64,000 nt of DNA from Mactra antiquata (taxonomy: Eukaryota): positions 86,515 to 150,514 of the forward strand of contig CM103820.1 in NCBI GenBank assembly GCA_047288015.1, in the 5' to 3' direction. Positions 1 through 11,341 of the stretch are shown one piece after another (position 1 is the first letter of the stretch; each line of letters opens with the position of its first letter). The position numbers and the translations under genes are program-made. The notes below the pieces were generated by a model that worked only from the letters and a program-made list of their open reading frames with translations, had not been told where the DNA came from and searched no databases.

Positions 1-434
1 ATTCTCATGTGATCTCCTAAACTTCGTCTATGTGTAAACTCAGACATACAAACATCACATTTATAAGGTTTCTCTCCTGTATGTATTCTCATGTGATCTC
101 TTAAACTTCCTTTATGCGTAAACTTAGACATACAAACATCACATTTATAAGGTTTCTCTCCTGTATGTATTCTCATGTGACTTCTTAAATTTCCTTTTTG
201 TGTAAACCCAGACATACAAATATCACATTTATAAGGTTTCTCTCCTGTATGTATTCTCATGTGTCCTCTTAAACTTCCTTTTCGTGTAAACTCAGACATA
301 CAAACATCACATTTAAAAGGTTTCTCTCCTGTATGTATTCTCATGTGACTTCTTAAATTTCCCTTTTGTGTAAACTCAGACATACAAACATCACATTTAT
401 AAGGTTTCTCTCTATTTTGTACTTTCTCTTCCAT
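1..434 (-). CDS. C2H2 zinc-finger protein, paralog copy 1 (partial; start codon at 432-434 on minus strand, fingers continue past window start)
   Basis: Reverse translation reads [39 protein letters not shown]... with repeated HTGEKPYKC linkers at 84-nt period. Nucleotides 1-640 are near-identical to 21130-21760. Confidence 0.75.
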   Translation of the reverse strand, partial: MEEKVQNREKPYKCDVCMSEFTQKGNLRSHMRIHTGEKPFKCDVCMSEFTRKGSLRGHMRIHTGEKPYKCDICMSGFTQKGNLRSHMRIHTGEKPYKCDVCMSKFTHKGSLRDHMRIHTGEKPYKCDVCMSEFTHRRSLGDHMR

Positions 435-900
435 CTTTAAATTATTACATGTAGTTATGTGTTTACATATCAAAGTCTAAGATCTGCTGTTTGTTATATC
501 AAACCATTTAGTCTTCATACACTTTGTATACTTGATATTTGTACAATCATCTGAAAAAATAAACACAATAGTTTTCTATAGAGAAGTCATTATATAGTTA
601 AAATACTCTAACCCTAGCATTGGTACTTTTTCTCCTACAAGCTGGATTTTATAGTGACACTATAGTGTTCTCGATGGCTCATGGGGTCCTTAGTTAGACC
701 TCAAGCTTAGCCTTAGAAGTTAGATTTTCCTTGTTTTCCAGGAGTCTGTTTCAATATGTATTTGCCAATAAATAATAATTGTTCATATGGAGCCCAAAGA
801 AGATGTTTTTGTTCCAGGACTTTTTGTCATGGGTTGGAGAAATGGCCTTATACTTAATTCGGGGAGAACAGTGAAATTAAAGCCAAATTTCTAAGGTGAA
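1..900. repeat. Segmental duplication copy A (paralogous to about 21130-22500; ZNF 5' coding part plus upstream flank)
   Basis: Direct sequence identity of 421-640 with 21545-21740, and of 640-840 with 22090-22500 after removing two MITE insertions present only in copy B. Confidence 0.8.
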
Positions 901-1589
901 GGGAAGGGGGGCTTACAAAGGTTTTAGTTTGTTAATGGAAAAGCTAAATAACCCCAGGAGTTTTATGTAAGATCTAAAGTCCCTAAATTAACCACAGAGA
1001 AGGGCCATGAATTTACAAGTATTCTATACAAACAGGGATTTTATATGCAAGGGATTTGCAACAACATACCTTTACATCAAATTTCACTGTCATGGCAGTT
1101 ATTACAGTTCATTACAGAGTCACATTTTCAATAATTGCAACAATTTGGTGTCAGTTGATGGCAAAAATGTTCACAAGTTGCACTGAAGACATGTATAAAC
1201 ACATTGTTTAAGTTTCTGAACTCTGTACAGCCATTTTCTGGCAGTTAAAGATGGCGATGACAATGAAATTTCAAAAAAGCATTTGACTGCAAATCCCTGT
1301 TATATAAAATCCTAGATATAAAGTAAGGCCCCTTCCCCAAATACTGAAAAAAGCCCTGATACTGAAAACAATAACCAATAAACATTTATTTGTGTGTGAA
1401 ACTTTATATATTCAAATTTGATAAAAGTTAACATTACCTTGTCATGTACATATCATAAATTGGCCGTATAATTAAATTCTGGTAGTGCAAGTAAGATTAC
1501 AGTAAAAATAGATTCTGGCATTCACTGGTACCGCTTTTATTTGGACTTTTTTAATATTTTGTTTTTCATCTGATGCGGCATTAAACAAA

Positions 1590-2045
1590 ATACAGTCCAT
1601 TAACAGTGTAACGTGTACCGAGCCTACGGCAATCGCTTTGGTCACCCATCCAACCACTAACCTCACAATACATTGCTTAACTATGTAACGTTCTATGTTC
1701 CGACCGTAAAAGCGGGCTTCCAGTCAGACTGCAGAAGTTGTACATATACTCAATCGCCGTTACATAACTCTCCCCTCCAAGAAGTCTCGTCCCGAGACTT
1801 GGCCTTGGGAGACCGTGGGTAAGGCAACTCCGTTCCCGCAGTTGACCTCAACCCACCACTGCCACCAAATTTGTAACGTGTACCGAGCCTACAGCAATTG
1901 CTTTGGTCACCCATCCAACCACTTACCTCACAATACATTGTTTAACTATGTAACGTTTTATGTTCTGACCGTAAAAGCCGGCTTCCACAGTCAGACTGCA
2001 GAAGTTGTATATTATACTCAATCGCCGTTACAACAGTAAACACGT
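1590..2045 (+). repeat. Dimeric dispersed repeat (unit-linker-unit, about 430 bp), copy 1
   Basis: Two roughly 160-bp units (ggtcacccatccaacc...gactgcagaagttgtata...) separated by a roughly 100-bp linker. The same architecture occurs at 29560-30000 and a single unit at 22780-22920. Confidence 0.7.
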
Positions 2046-2399
2046 TTTTTTACACAGAGGTTCACAGAAGACCTTAAGCTAATGTATGGTTGAAATATAA
2101 ATACATATACCCTAAACATAAAGGAATTTCAACACTTTATTTTGGATTTTCCAGGTCTTTGGCGTTTCTTTGGTTTTTACGTTCTTATGGGCTTTTCGAT
2201 CGACCCATCATCCGAAATAATTACCGTCCGAATTGCTTACAGTTGATTATAGCAGGATAATGTACAAACATCAAATACAATGATCAAATACCTACATGTA
2301 TTTGTTCAATTACGATGTTTTCAGATAATCTGCGTTCTTTTTCTCGAGATAAAGTCAATACTTTGAATATAATATCAATCATAACGTGACAAAATTCGT

Positions 2400-2520
2400 G
2401 TTTATTTCTTCACCATGCAGTTTCCGGGCGGTACCTTCCCTTACCGGACGGGTACCTTCCCTTACCGGACTGGCGGCCAGTCCGGTATTTTACCGGACTA
2501 TAACGGACTGGCCTTAAAAA
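2400..2520 (+). repeat. Partial copy of palindrome core (ccggactggc/gccagtccgg motif cluster)
   Basis: Matches the right half of the palindrome centre at 6800-6885 (ccttaccggactggcggccagtccggtattttaccggactat). Confidence 0.6.
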
Positions 2521-3775
2521 CTACTAATATAATCATAACACTGGCTGAATAATGATATTTATGGGCTGTGATAGGTTAACACATATCTAAGAATGCAAAA
2601 TAAATTGATTTTAAATACATATTTTGATATTTACTAAGATAAAAAGGCGTTAAATAGATACCGGACTGGCATTTTAAGTGTTCAAAGATTACTCTCCCTT
2701 TTCATTACCGGACTGGCCTTAAAAACTACTAATATAATCATAACACTGGCTGAATAATGATATTTATGGGCTGTGATAGGTTAACACATATCTAAGAATG
2801 CATAATAAATTGATTTTAAATACATATTTTGATATTTACTAAGATAAAAAGGCGTTAAATTGATACCGGACTGGCATTTTAAGTGTTCAAAGATTACTCT
2901 CCCTTTTCATTACCGGACTGGCCTTAAAAACTACTCATAAAATCATAATACTGGCCGAATTATGATATATACCAGCTGGAAAAGGTTAATACATATATCA
3001 AAAAATGCATAATAAATTGATTTTAAAAACATATTTTGATATTTGATAAGAAAATAAGGCGTTAAATAGATACCGGACTGGCATTTTAAGTTCTTGAAAG
3101 ATTACTCTCCCTTTTCATTACCGGACTGGCCTTAAAAACTACTCATAAAAACATAACACTGGCCGAATTATGATATTTACCGACTGGAATAGGTTAACAC
3201 ATATGTAAGAATGCATAATAAACTAGTTTTAAAGACATATCTTTATATTTAATAAGAAAATAAGGCGTTATATAGATACCGGACTGGCATTTTAAGTTAA
3301 TGAAAGATTACTCTCCCTTTTCATTACCGGACTGGCCTTAAAAACTACTCATAAAATCATAACACTGGCCGAATTATGATATTTACCGACTGGAATAGGT
3401 TAACACATATGTAAGAATGCATAATAAACTAGTTTTAAAGACATATTTTTATATTTAATAAGAAAATAAGGCGTTATATAGATACCGGACTGGCATTTTA
3501 AGTTCTTGAAAGATTACTCTCCCTTTTCATTACCGGACTGGCCTTAAAAACTACTCATAAAATCATAACACTGGCCGAATTATGATATTTACCGACTGGA
3601 ATAGGTTAACACATATGTAAGAATGCATAATAAATTAGTTTTAAAGACATATTTTTATATTTAATAAGAAAATAAGGCGTAATAGACTGACATTTTAAGT
3701 GTTCAAAGATTACTCTCCCTTTTCATTACCGGACTGGCCTTAAAAACTACTCATAAAATCTTTACCACTTGACCA
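2510..3775 (+). repeat. 190-bp satellite, ccggactggc family, about 6.5 units, direct orientation
   Basis: Visible tandem periodicity of about 190 bp. Units end with ctctcccttttcattaccggactggcc. Confidence 0.85.
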
Positions 3776-5544
3776 CGGAAGCGGGCATTTAACAGATACC
3801 TTATGTCAGCGACTTTAACCACTTGACCACGGAAGCGGGTATTTAATGTATAGAGAAGAAAATAATTTAATAAGACTATGATAATAGCATTATATCAATT
3901 ACTCGCATTGTATACAAAATCAAAAATTACAGTAACAGTACAAGGTAAGACAACTTACTTACATTATTTAACCCTTCAATTGCGTTTATGAGCGTTCATT
4001 ACAGATGGATATCTTTTATTTGTTCTTTTTAAGAACATCAATGAATGGAAAGATATCGACCTGCATCCAGACCAAACCAACGAGGAGGCGCTCGTGTCTT
4101 GGTCCACCCTCCCCGAGAAATTCTATAACTATTTAATAATGAAGATGATATGAGGTTTCAGGGTCTGCATATCCATAAGGATGCATCATGTGCAGACTCC
4201 GGGATGTGACTCGTCATCCCTTTAAGAGTAAATTTCGGGTCTAAACTGAGTCAAATTTTAAACAATTCCCAGTATAATTCATACTTGGATGGTTACTTAG
4301 TTGCCAAAGTGTTGCCAAATTTGGGTTGCCAAAAGCGGGTTTTCAACTGTTTGATACAGTAGCTATAAAATCAACCCTAGAAAATTTGAAATAACATTAC
4401 TCCTAGCTGTTAAGTGTTGTTGTTGTTTTTTTCAATAAAAATCAAAATGAACTAAAAAATATGCTAAAAAAAGTTCTCAGTTCGGATGTGATTGTTATAA
4501 ATTGTGTAATCCGCGGGTCATTTCAGAATTTTTTTACAATAAATATTATCGTAAGTCAAAAGAAGAAACCTTCAAAATGCGGTGATTCATTGTCCTAGCA
4601 ATTGCAAAAAGACTGGAATAAGAAAGAATATTGTATAACTTCTGAGCATTATAATTATCATCATTATTATCTTCTGATATCTCGCAACAAATTAATGAAA
4701 TTGACTTACGATGAATTTTATCGTAAGATTTTCGTGAAAAGCCCGCTGAGAACTGTTTGTTTTTATTTTTGTGATATTTAGTTTGAGTATTTTACTTTGA
4801 GTAAATTGAGAAGGTTGTGTCATAACTTCAAAGACAACAGTTTGTCTTCTTTTTCGTTTGATTAAGATGCTATTTTGCACAGTCATTAAATATTTGTATC
4901 ATTTATAATATCTTTGTTTGCTCCATGTTCCGTTTGATTCAGTCGCTTCTCATTCTTTCGGCTATTATCAAAGTGTTAAGTGTAATCTCTATTTTAATTT
5001 AATTAAAATAGTTTGTCATAATAAATGACACGTGTGAAATACATAGGTATGCATTAATCGCAGCGATAAAACAACCCGTTAAATTGTTGATTTAATTACA
5101 TCCGATAAAACAAGATAAAGGGATTAACAGAATGCTTTAGAAATTGCCGACAGACGTACATAAATGTTATTGTGAAAGGTATGTGACTTCTGTACAATCT
5201 TGATTAATGTTGACACCCTATTCATACAATAAAAATGGTGATTCGTGCGCGTAGATTGAATTTGGTTGTTCTCGTTAACTACCATTTTAATAATAACTCA
5301 TCATTAAAGGGGGAAATGACAATATTTTATAACAGTTTTGTATAACAGACCAATACATTTATTTCAACCATGTTATGTACATATTGGATTTACTAGACAT
5401 ACAAACATTCTCATTCTAATGTCCTTTAACATTGTTCAATATTAACTAATGTCTTTCACATATGTTATCATTATTGTACGACAGTTACGTAGCTCACGCA
5501 TATCGCCTTACAATCCCCGCTGCATCGCCAGAGTAAAGATTTTA

Positions 5545-6440
5545 TTCATACTGGTAAAGGCCAGTCCGGTAGTGGAAAGGGAGAGTAATCTTACTTACAC
5601 TTAGAAATGCCAGTCCGGTATCAATTTATAGTTTTTAAAGATTGTTAATAGTATAGAATGATTTTAAAACATATTATTATGTATTCTTGAATAATTATCT
5701 AGCTATATCAGCCGATAAATATCGCCAGTCGGGTAGTGTTAAGATTTTATGAGCAGCTACTTAGGCCAGTCCGGTAGTGGGAAGTAATCTAACAAGCACT
5801 TAGAAATGCCAGTCTGGTATCAATTAAAGCCTTTATTTTTTCTTAAATAATATAGAATGTTTTATAAACAAATTATTATGCATTCTCTATTAATTATCTA
5901 GCTATTCCAGCCGAAAAATATGGCCAGTCCGGTAGTGTTAGGATGCCATTTATACTTATTAAGGCCAGTCCGGTTGTGAAAAGATAGAGTAGTCTTACAA
6001 ACACCTAGCATTGCTAGTCCGGTATCAACTTAAAGCATTTATCTTGTCTTAAATTGCGTAGAATGTTTTTAAACCATATTATTATATATTCTTAAGTAAT
6101 TATCCAGCTACATCAGCCGATAAATATCGCCAGTCGGGTAGTGTTAAGATTTTATGAGCAGCTATTAAGGCCAGTCCGGTAGTGGGAAGGGAGAGTAATC
6201 TTACAAGCACTTAGAAATGCCAGTCTGGTATCAATTAAAGCCTTTATTTTTTCTTAAATAATATAGAATGTTTTTAAACAAATTATTATGCATTCTCTAT
6301 TAATTATCTAGCTATTCCAGCCGAAAAATATCGCCAGTCCGGTAGTGTTAGGATGTCATTCATATTTATTAAGGCCAGTCCGGTAGTGAAAAGGGAGAGC
6401 AATCTCTCCATCGCTGAAAACGCCAGTCCGGTACTGAATA
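5545..6440 (-). repeat. 190-bp satellite (same family), inverted orientation, about 4.7 units, left palindrome arm
   Basis: Repeated gccagtccggtagtg... units. It is the reverse complement of the 7200-8310 array. Confidence 0.85.
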
Positions 6441-7199
6441 ATTGGTTAATATGATGTCATAATTGAGTATTTTTTACCAATTTTTATCCTATGATATGCG
6501 ATATCAATATCAATAGTTTAATAAATATGATCCACGTACTTTCCATGGCAAGAAATATATTAATCATTGTCAATTCAGAGTTGCACTGATTCTAAGCTAC
6601 TTGATGAAGTCAGCTGTGCTATATATTATATTATTAAAAGTGTTTATACAATATACAGAGGTTCGAAAATGAATTTAATATTTAGATATTGAATTGTTTA
6701 ATATTAATACAAGCGAAAAAGATCAATTAAATGTGTATTTATATCAAAATATGAAAATAAATAGGCCAGTCCGGTATAGTCCGGTAAAATACCGGACTGG
6801 CGGCCAGTCCGGTAAGGGAAGGTACCGTTACCGGACTGGCCGCCAGTCCGGTATTTTACCGGACTATTACGGACTGGCCTATTTGTTTTCATATTTTGAT
6901 TTAAATACACATTTAATTGATCTTTTTTGCTTGCATTAATATTAAACAAGTCAATATCTAAATATTAAATTCATTTTCGAACCTCTGTATACTGTATAAA
7001 CACTTTTAATTAAATAATATATAGCACAGTTGACTTCATCAAGTAGCTTAGAATCAGTGCAACTCTGAATTGACAATGATTAATATATTTCTTGCCATGG
7101 AAAGTACGTGGATCATATTTATTAAACTATTGATATTGATATCGCATATCATAGGATAAAAATTGGTAAAAAATACTCAATTATGACATCATATTAACC

Positions 7200-8310
7200 A
7201 ATTATTCAGTACCGCACTGGCGTTTTCAGCGATGGAGAGATTGCTCTCCCTTTTCACTACCGGACTGGCCTTAATAAATATGAATGACATCCTAACACTA
7301 CCGGACTGGCGATATTTTTCGGCTGGAATAGCTAGATAATTAATAGAGAATGCATAATAATTTGTTTAAAAGCATTCTATATTATTTAAAAAAAATAAAG
7401 GCTTTAATTGATACCGGACTGGCATTTCTAAGTGCTTGTAAGATTACTCTCCCTTCCCACTACCGGACTGGCCTTAATAGCTGCTCATAAAATCTTAACA
7501 CTACCCGACTGGCGATATTTATCGGCTGATATAGCAGGATAATTACTTAAGAATACATAATAATATGGTTTAAAAACATTCTACGCAATTTAAGACAAGA
7601 TAAAGGCTTTAATTGATACCGGACTGGCATTTCTAAGTGCTTGTAAGATTACTCTCCCTTCCCACTACCGGACTGGCCTTAATAGCTGCTCATAAAATCT
7701 TAACACTACCCGACTGGCGATATTTATCGGCTGATATAGCAGGATAATTACTTAAGAATACATAATAATATGGTTTAAAAACATTATACGCAATTTAAGA
7801 CAAGATAAAGGCTTTAATTGATACCGGACTGGCATTTCTAAGTGCTTGTAAGATTACTCTCCCTTCCCACTACCGGACTGGCCTTAATAGCTGCTCATAA
7901 AATCTTAACACTACCCGACTGGTGATATTTATCGGCTGATATAGCAGGATAATTACTTAAGAATACATAATAATATGGTTTAAAAACATTCTACGCAATT
8001 TAAGACAAGATAAAGGCTTTAAATTGATACCGGACTAACAATGCTAGGTGTTTGTAAGACTACTCTACCTTTTCACAACCGGACTGGCCTTAATAAGTAT
8101 AAATGGCATCCTAACACTACCGGACTGGCGATATTTTTCGGCTGATATAGCTAGATAATTATTCAAGAATACATAATAATATGTTTTAAAATCATTCTAT
8201 ACTATTAACAAACTTTAAAGACTATAAATTGATACCGGACTGGCATTTCTAAGTGTAAGTAAGATTACTCTCCCTTTCCACTACCGGACTGGCCTTTACC
8301 AGTATGAATA
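7200..8310 (+). repeat. 190-bp satellite, direct orientation, about 5.8 units, right palindrome arm
   Basis: Tandem units 7460-7660, 7660-7860 and 7860-8040 are near-identical. Confidence 0.85.
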
Positions 8311-9005
8311 AAATAAGGCGATATGCGTGAGCTACGTAACTGTCGTACAATAATGATAACATATGTGAAAGGCATTAGTTAATATTGAGCAATGTTAAAG
8401 GACATTGGAATGAGAATGTTTGTATGTCTAGTAAATCCAATATGTACATAACATGGTTGAAATAAATGTTTTGTTCGGTTATACAAAACTGTTATAAAAT
8501 ATTGTCATTTCCCCCTTTAAGGATGGAGTTATTATTAAATTGGTAGTTAACGAGAACAACCAAATTCAATGTACGTGCACGAATCACCATTTTTATTGTA
8601 TGAATAGGGTGTCAACTTTAATCAAGATTGTACAGAAGCCACATACCTTTCACAATAACATTTGTGTACGTCTGTCGGCAATTGCTAAAGCATACCGTTA
8701 ATCCCTCTATCTTGTTTTATCGGATGTAATTAAATCAACAATTTAACAGGTTGTTTTATCGCTGCGATTAATGCATACCTATGTATTTCACACGTTTCAT
8801 TTATTATGACAAACTATTTTAATTAAATTAAAATAGAGATTGCACTTAACAGTTTGACAATAGCCGAAAGAATGAGAAGCGACAGAATCAAACGGAGCAT
8901 GGAGCAAACAAAGATGTTATAAATGATACAAATATTTAATGACTGTGCAAATTAGCATCTTAATCAAACGAAAAAGAAGACAAACTGTTGTCTTTGAAGT
9001 TATGA

Positions 9006-9062
9006 CACAGCCTTCTCAATTTACTCAAAGTTCTCAATTTACTCAAAGTTCTCAATTTACTC
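9006..9062 (+). repeat. 18-bp tandem repeat x3 (ctcaatttactcaaagtt)
   Basis: Direct reading of the sequence. Confidence 0.7.
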
Positions 9063-9112
9063 AAACCAAGCATTATAAAAACTTAGATGCAAATCAATCA
9101 TGTCATCTTTGA

Positions 9113-9680
9113 CGTCTTATTGTTACTGCTAAACGTCTGCAAGGCACCAATTTCACAATAAATCGTGATTTTCCTAAGGAAATAACTAGTGCCAGGAAGA
9201 GTTTATGGCCTGAGTACAAGGCACTCAGAAAGGATAATCCTCTTAGTAAAGTCCGTCTCCTGTATCCAGCAAAAGTCGTTGTGGATGGACGTGTCGTACG
9301 TGATTGTTTTCCTCTCTGGGACAAAATAATGTCAGGCAATCGTGTCAACACATCAAATGTAAACAGGCCAAAACCAACACCGTCTGTGTATATTCGTCCA
9401 GATGAACAACACATTCAGTCTAGCACTCCATTTAGATCAAACACAGAACACGTGTCCCGTGCTACAACTGATAGTAGTAGTAATTTAAATATTCATTCGT
9501 CATCGAATGCCAACATACCTACAGTAAGACCAGGGCCGGATCCAGAAGGTTGCTGGGTGGGGGGGCACAATTCTTATGGGTTCAGACAGGGTAAATTTAT
9601 ACAATTTTGGCATTCGCCATACATAGTGCAATTCTTTCACTTTTCATTTAAACATGATCTAGGCATGATATAGCTTCCCA
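9113..9680 (+). mobile_element. LINE ORF1-like remnant (L1 Transposase_22-type C-terminal domain), degenerate
   Basis: Frame from 9113 reads ...RLQGTNFTINRDFPKEITSARKSLWPEYKALRKDNPLSKVRLLYPAKVVVDGRVVRDCF. This resembles the L1 ORF1p CTD motif ...LTADFSTETLQARREWQDIFKVLKEKNLQPRILYPAKLSF..., recalled from memory. There is no start codon and the sequence downstream is low-complexity. Confidence 0.45.
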
Positions 9681-10249
9681 ATTATACACAATATTATCCC
9701 TTTAACGTTTTTAGACGCGTTTTGACGCGTCCCCCCACAACAATGGCCCCTCCTGGGTTTAAACAAACTGATTTTAAGCAGGATTTGGTTGATTTCACTT
9801 GAGGAAAGTTGGTTAAAAAATGATATTTTTCGCGCGCCTCCCCCATCAAAATATATGCTCAGGGGGTCCCTCTGTTGTTGGGGTTTGGCGCCCCTCATCG
9901 CCAGAAAAAAATTGGGATCACTGGGTGCAGGAAAATGGCCCAAAATGGTGTTCGGGTGTATGTTGTTAGGTTCTGAAAAGAACTACCACATTAGGGATTA
10001 TTTTGGGAAAGTACCAGCGCCTGGAGGGCCAATTTGAAGTTAAAAATATTGAAAATTGCATTTTGCGGCCATTTTCCTCCTCCCAACGTTACCATGGCAA
10101 CAGAAATTTAGGTTCAAATGGCTTTTTCTGAAAGAAATTTGGGAACAATTTGGCCAAGTTGTATTCCTGTCACACTAATAGTGATGAAATAAGAGCATCT
10201 TTAACCTACCGCGTTAGTCTGGAAAAAAACCAGAATGTTTTTATCAGTT

Positions 10250-10395
10250 GCATTTGAAGCATTCTCGGAACCCAGAGATTATCAAAACGTAGTCGGTCTG
10301 GAATCGTTTACCTTCTAGCCTCTGACCATTCTCACTAGTCAGAGTCTAGAAGGTAAACGTTAGATCGACTATGTCTTGATAACCTCTGGGTTCCG
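10250..10395. mobile_element. Palindromic MITE (about 145 bp, hairpin)
   Basis: 10250-10315 is the reverse complement of 10330-10395 (ttctcggaacccagagattatcaa...). A related disrupted copy lies at 27672-28065. Confidence 0.6.
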
Positions 10396-11341
10396 AGAAT
10401 GGCCTCTGACTTGTGAGTAAGCATTTGAAGCAATGCTTAGAAATGTGAATCACCCCTCAATTCAAGATTTTGTTTGCCACATAGACTTATAGTTTTTACA
10501 ATAGATTCAAGCACTTCAGAATTTTTTAACTCTGCCTTGAATTGCAGAATTCAGTTCTTTGTTTATATTTGACACCTAATCAGCATCATTTAGTAGATGT
10601 TAAGTCACATGTGTCATAAAACTGTCTGCTTGCATGCGTTGGTATGCGGCGTCTTTCGGACGCTTGAATCACTCGGACGCTTGAATCTTTCTAATGATCA
10701 GGGTGATTAAAACGCTTGTATAAATTGGTCAAACTATTAGTCTGTATTACGTAATTATAGATGCTGATCAGCGTGACTAGGTTTGAATATATTGATCAAC
10801 CCCTTGATCTATATATATTACGTAATATCAAGCAACAGTTAAACAAATTATCGATCGTACAGGCACGATTACCATGACTACTTGTTAGTTGTATATTAAT
10901 TTAATAAGTAATTTGACTTAAATCATTCTGGTTTAGTATATTTATGATACGAAAATATGGTTATTGGGCCGATATCTGTGGGACCAGGTGGGGGGGCACG
11001 TGCCCCCTGTGCCCCCCGGTGAATCCGGCCCTGAAGACGTCGACAACATGAATCCAGATCGCCTAGACGCCTATCGAAACCTAGGAATCGTAGTGTGGCT
11101 CCTGATCGCCGCTCACCAATCGAGGATCCTCCATATATTCGCCGCCCTTGGGATAAAGATACGTCATCAACATACAATTCTCCAGCCGGACATGTATCAG
11201 CTACCAACCAGTAGGACTGGCGGGAAAATACGCGTTCAGCGGACAGTACAAGTAGTACTTTAAACAATAATTTGAAATTGTGTTCTTTAAATGTGTGTGG
11301 GCTGAAACGCCGTTTACTTTATCCTGATTTTTCGGAACTCC

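Larger units (their letters stand above)
4795..9065. repeat. Giant palindrome / foldback-like inverted repeat (arms about 4795-6820 and 6823-9065, symmetry centre about 6821)
   Basis: 4900-5520 is the reverse complement of 8310-8930. 5545-6440 is the inverted copy of the satellite at 7200-8310. 6694-6949 is a perfect local palindrome, as shown by the mirror ORFs in the supplied track. Confidence 0.85.

Noticed and set aside
6694-6949. Mirror-image 81-codon ORFs on opposite strands
   Set aside because: They are a by-product of the perfect palindrome centre, where the two strands read identically. They have no coding signal.
9281-9673. ORF track protein starting MDGRVVRD
   Set aside because: The supplied track uses alternative (GTG/TTG) start codons. 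The frame is the tail of the LINE ORF1-like remnant running into low-complexity sequence, and it is not an independent gene.
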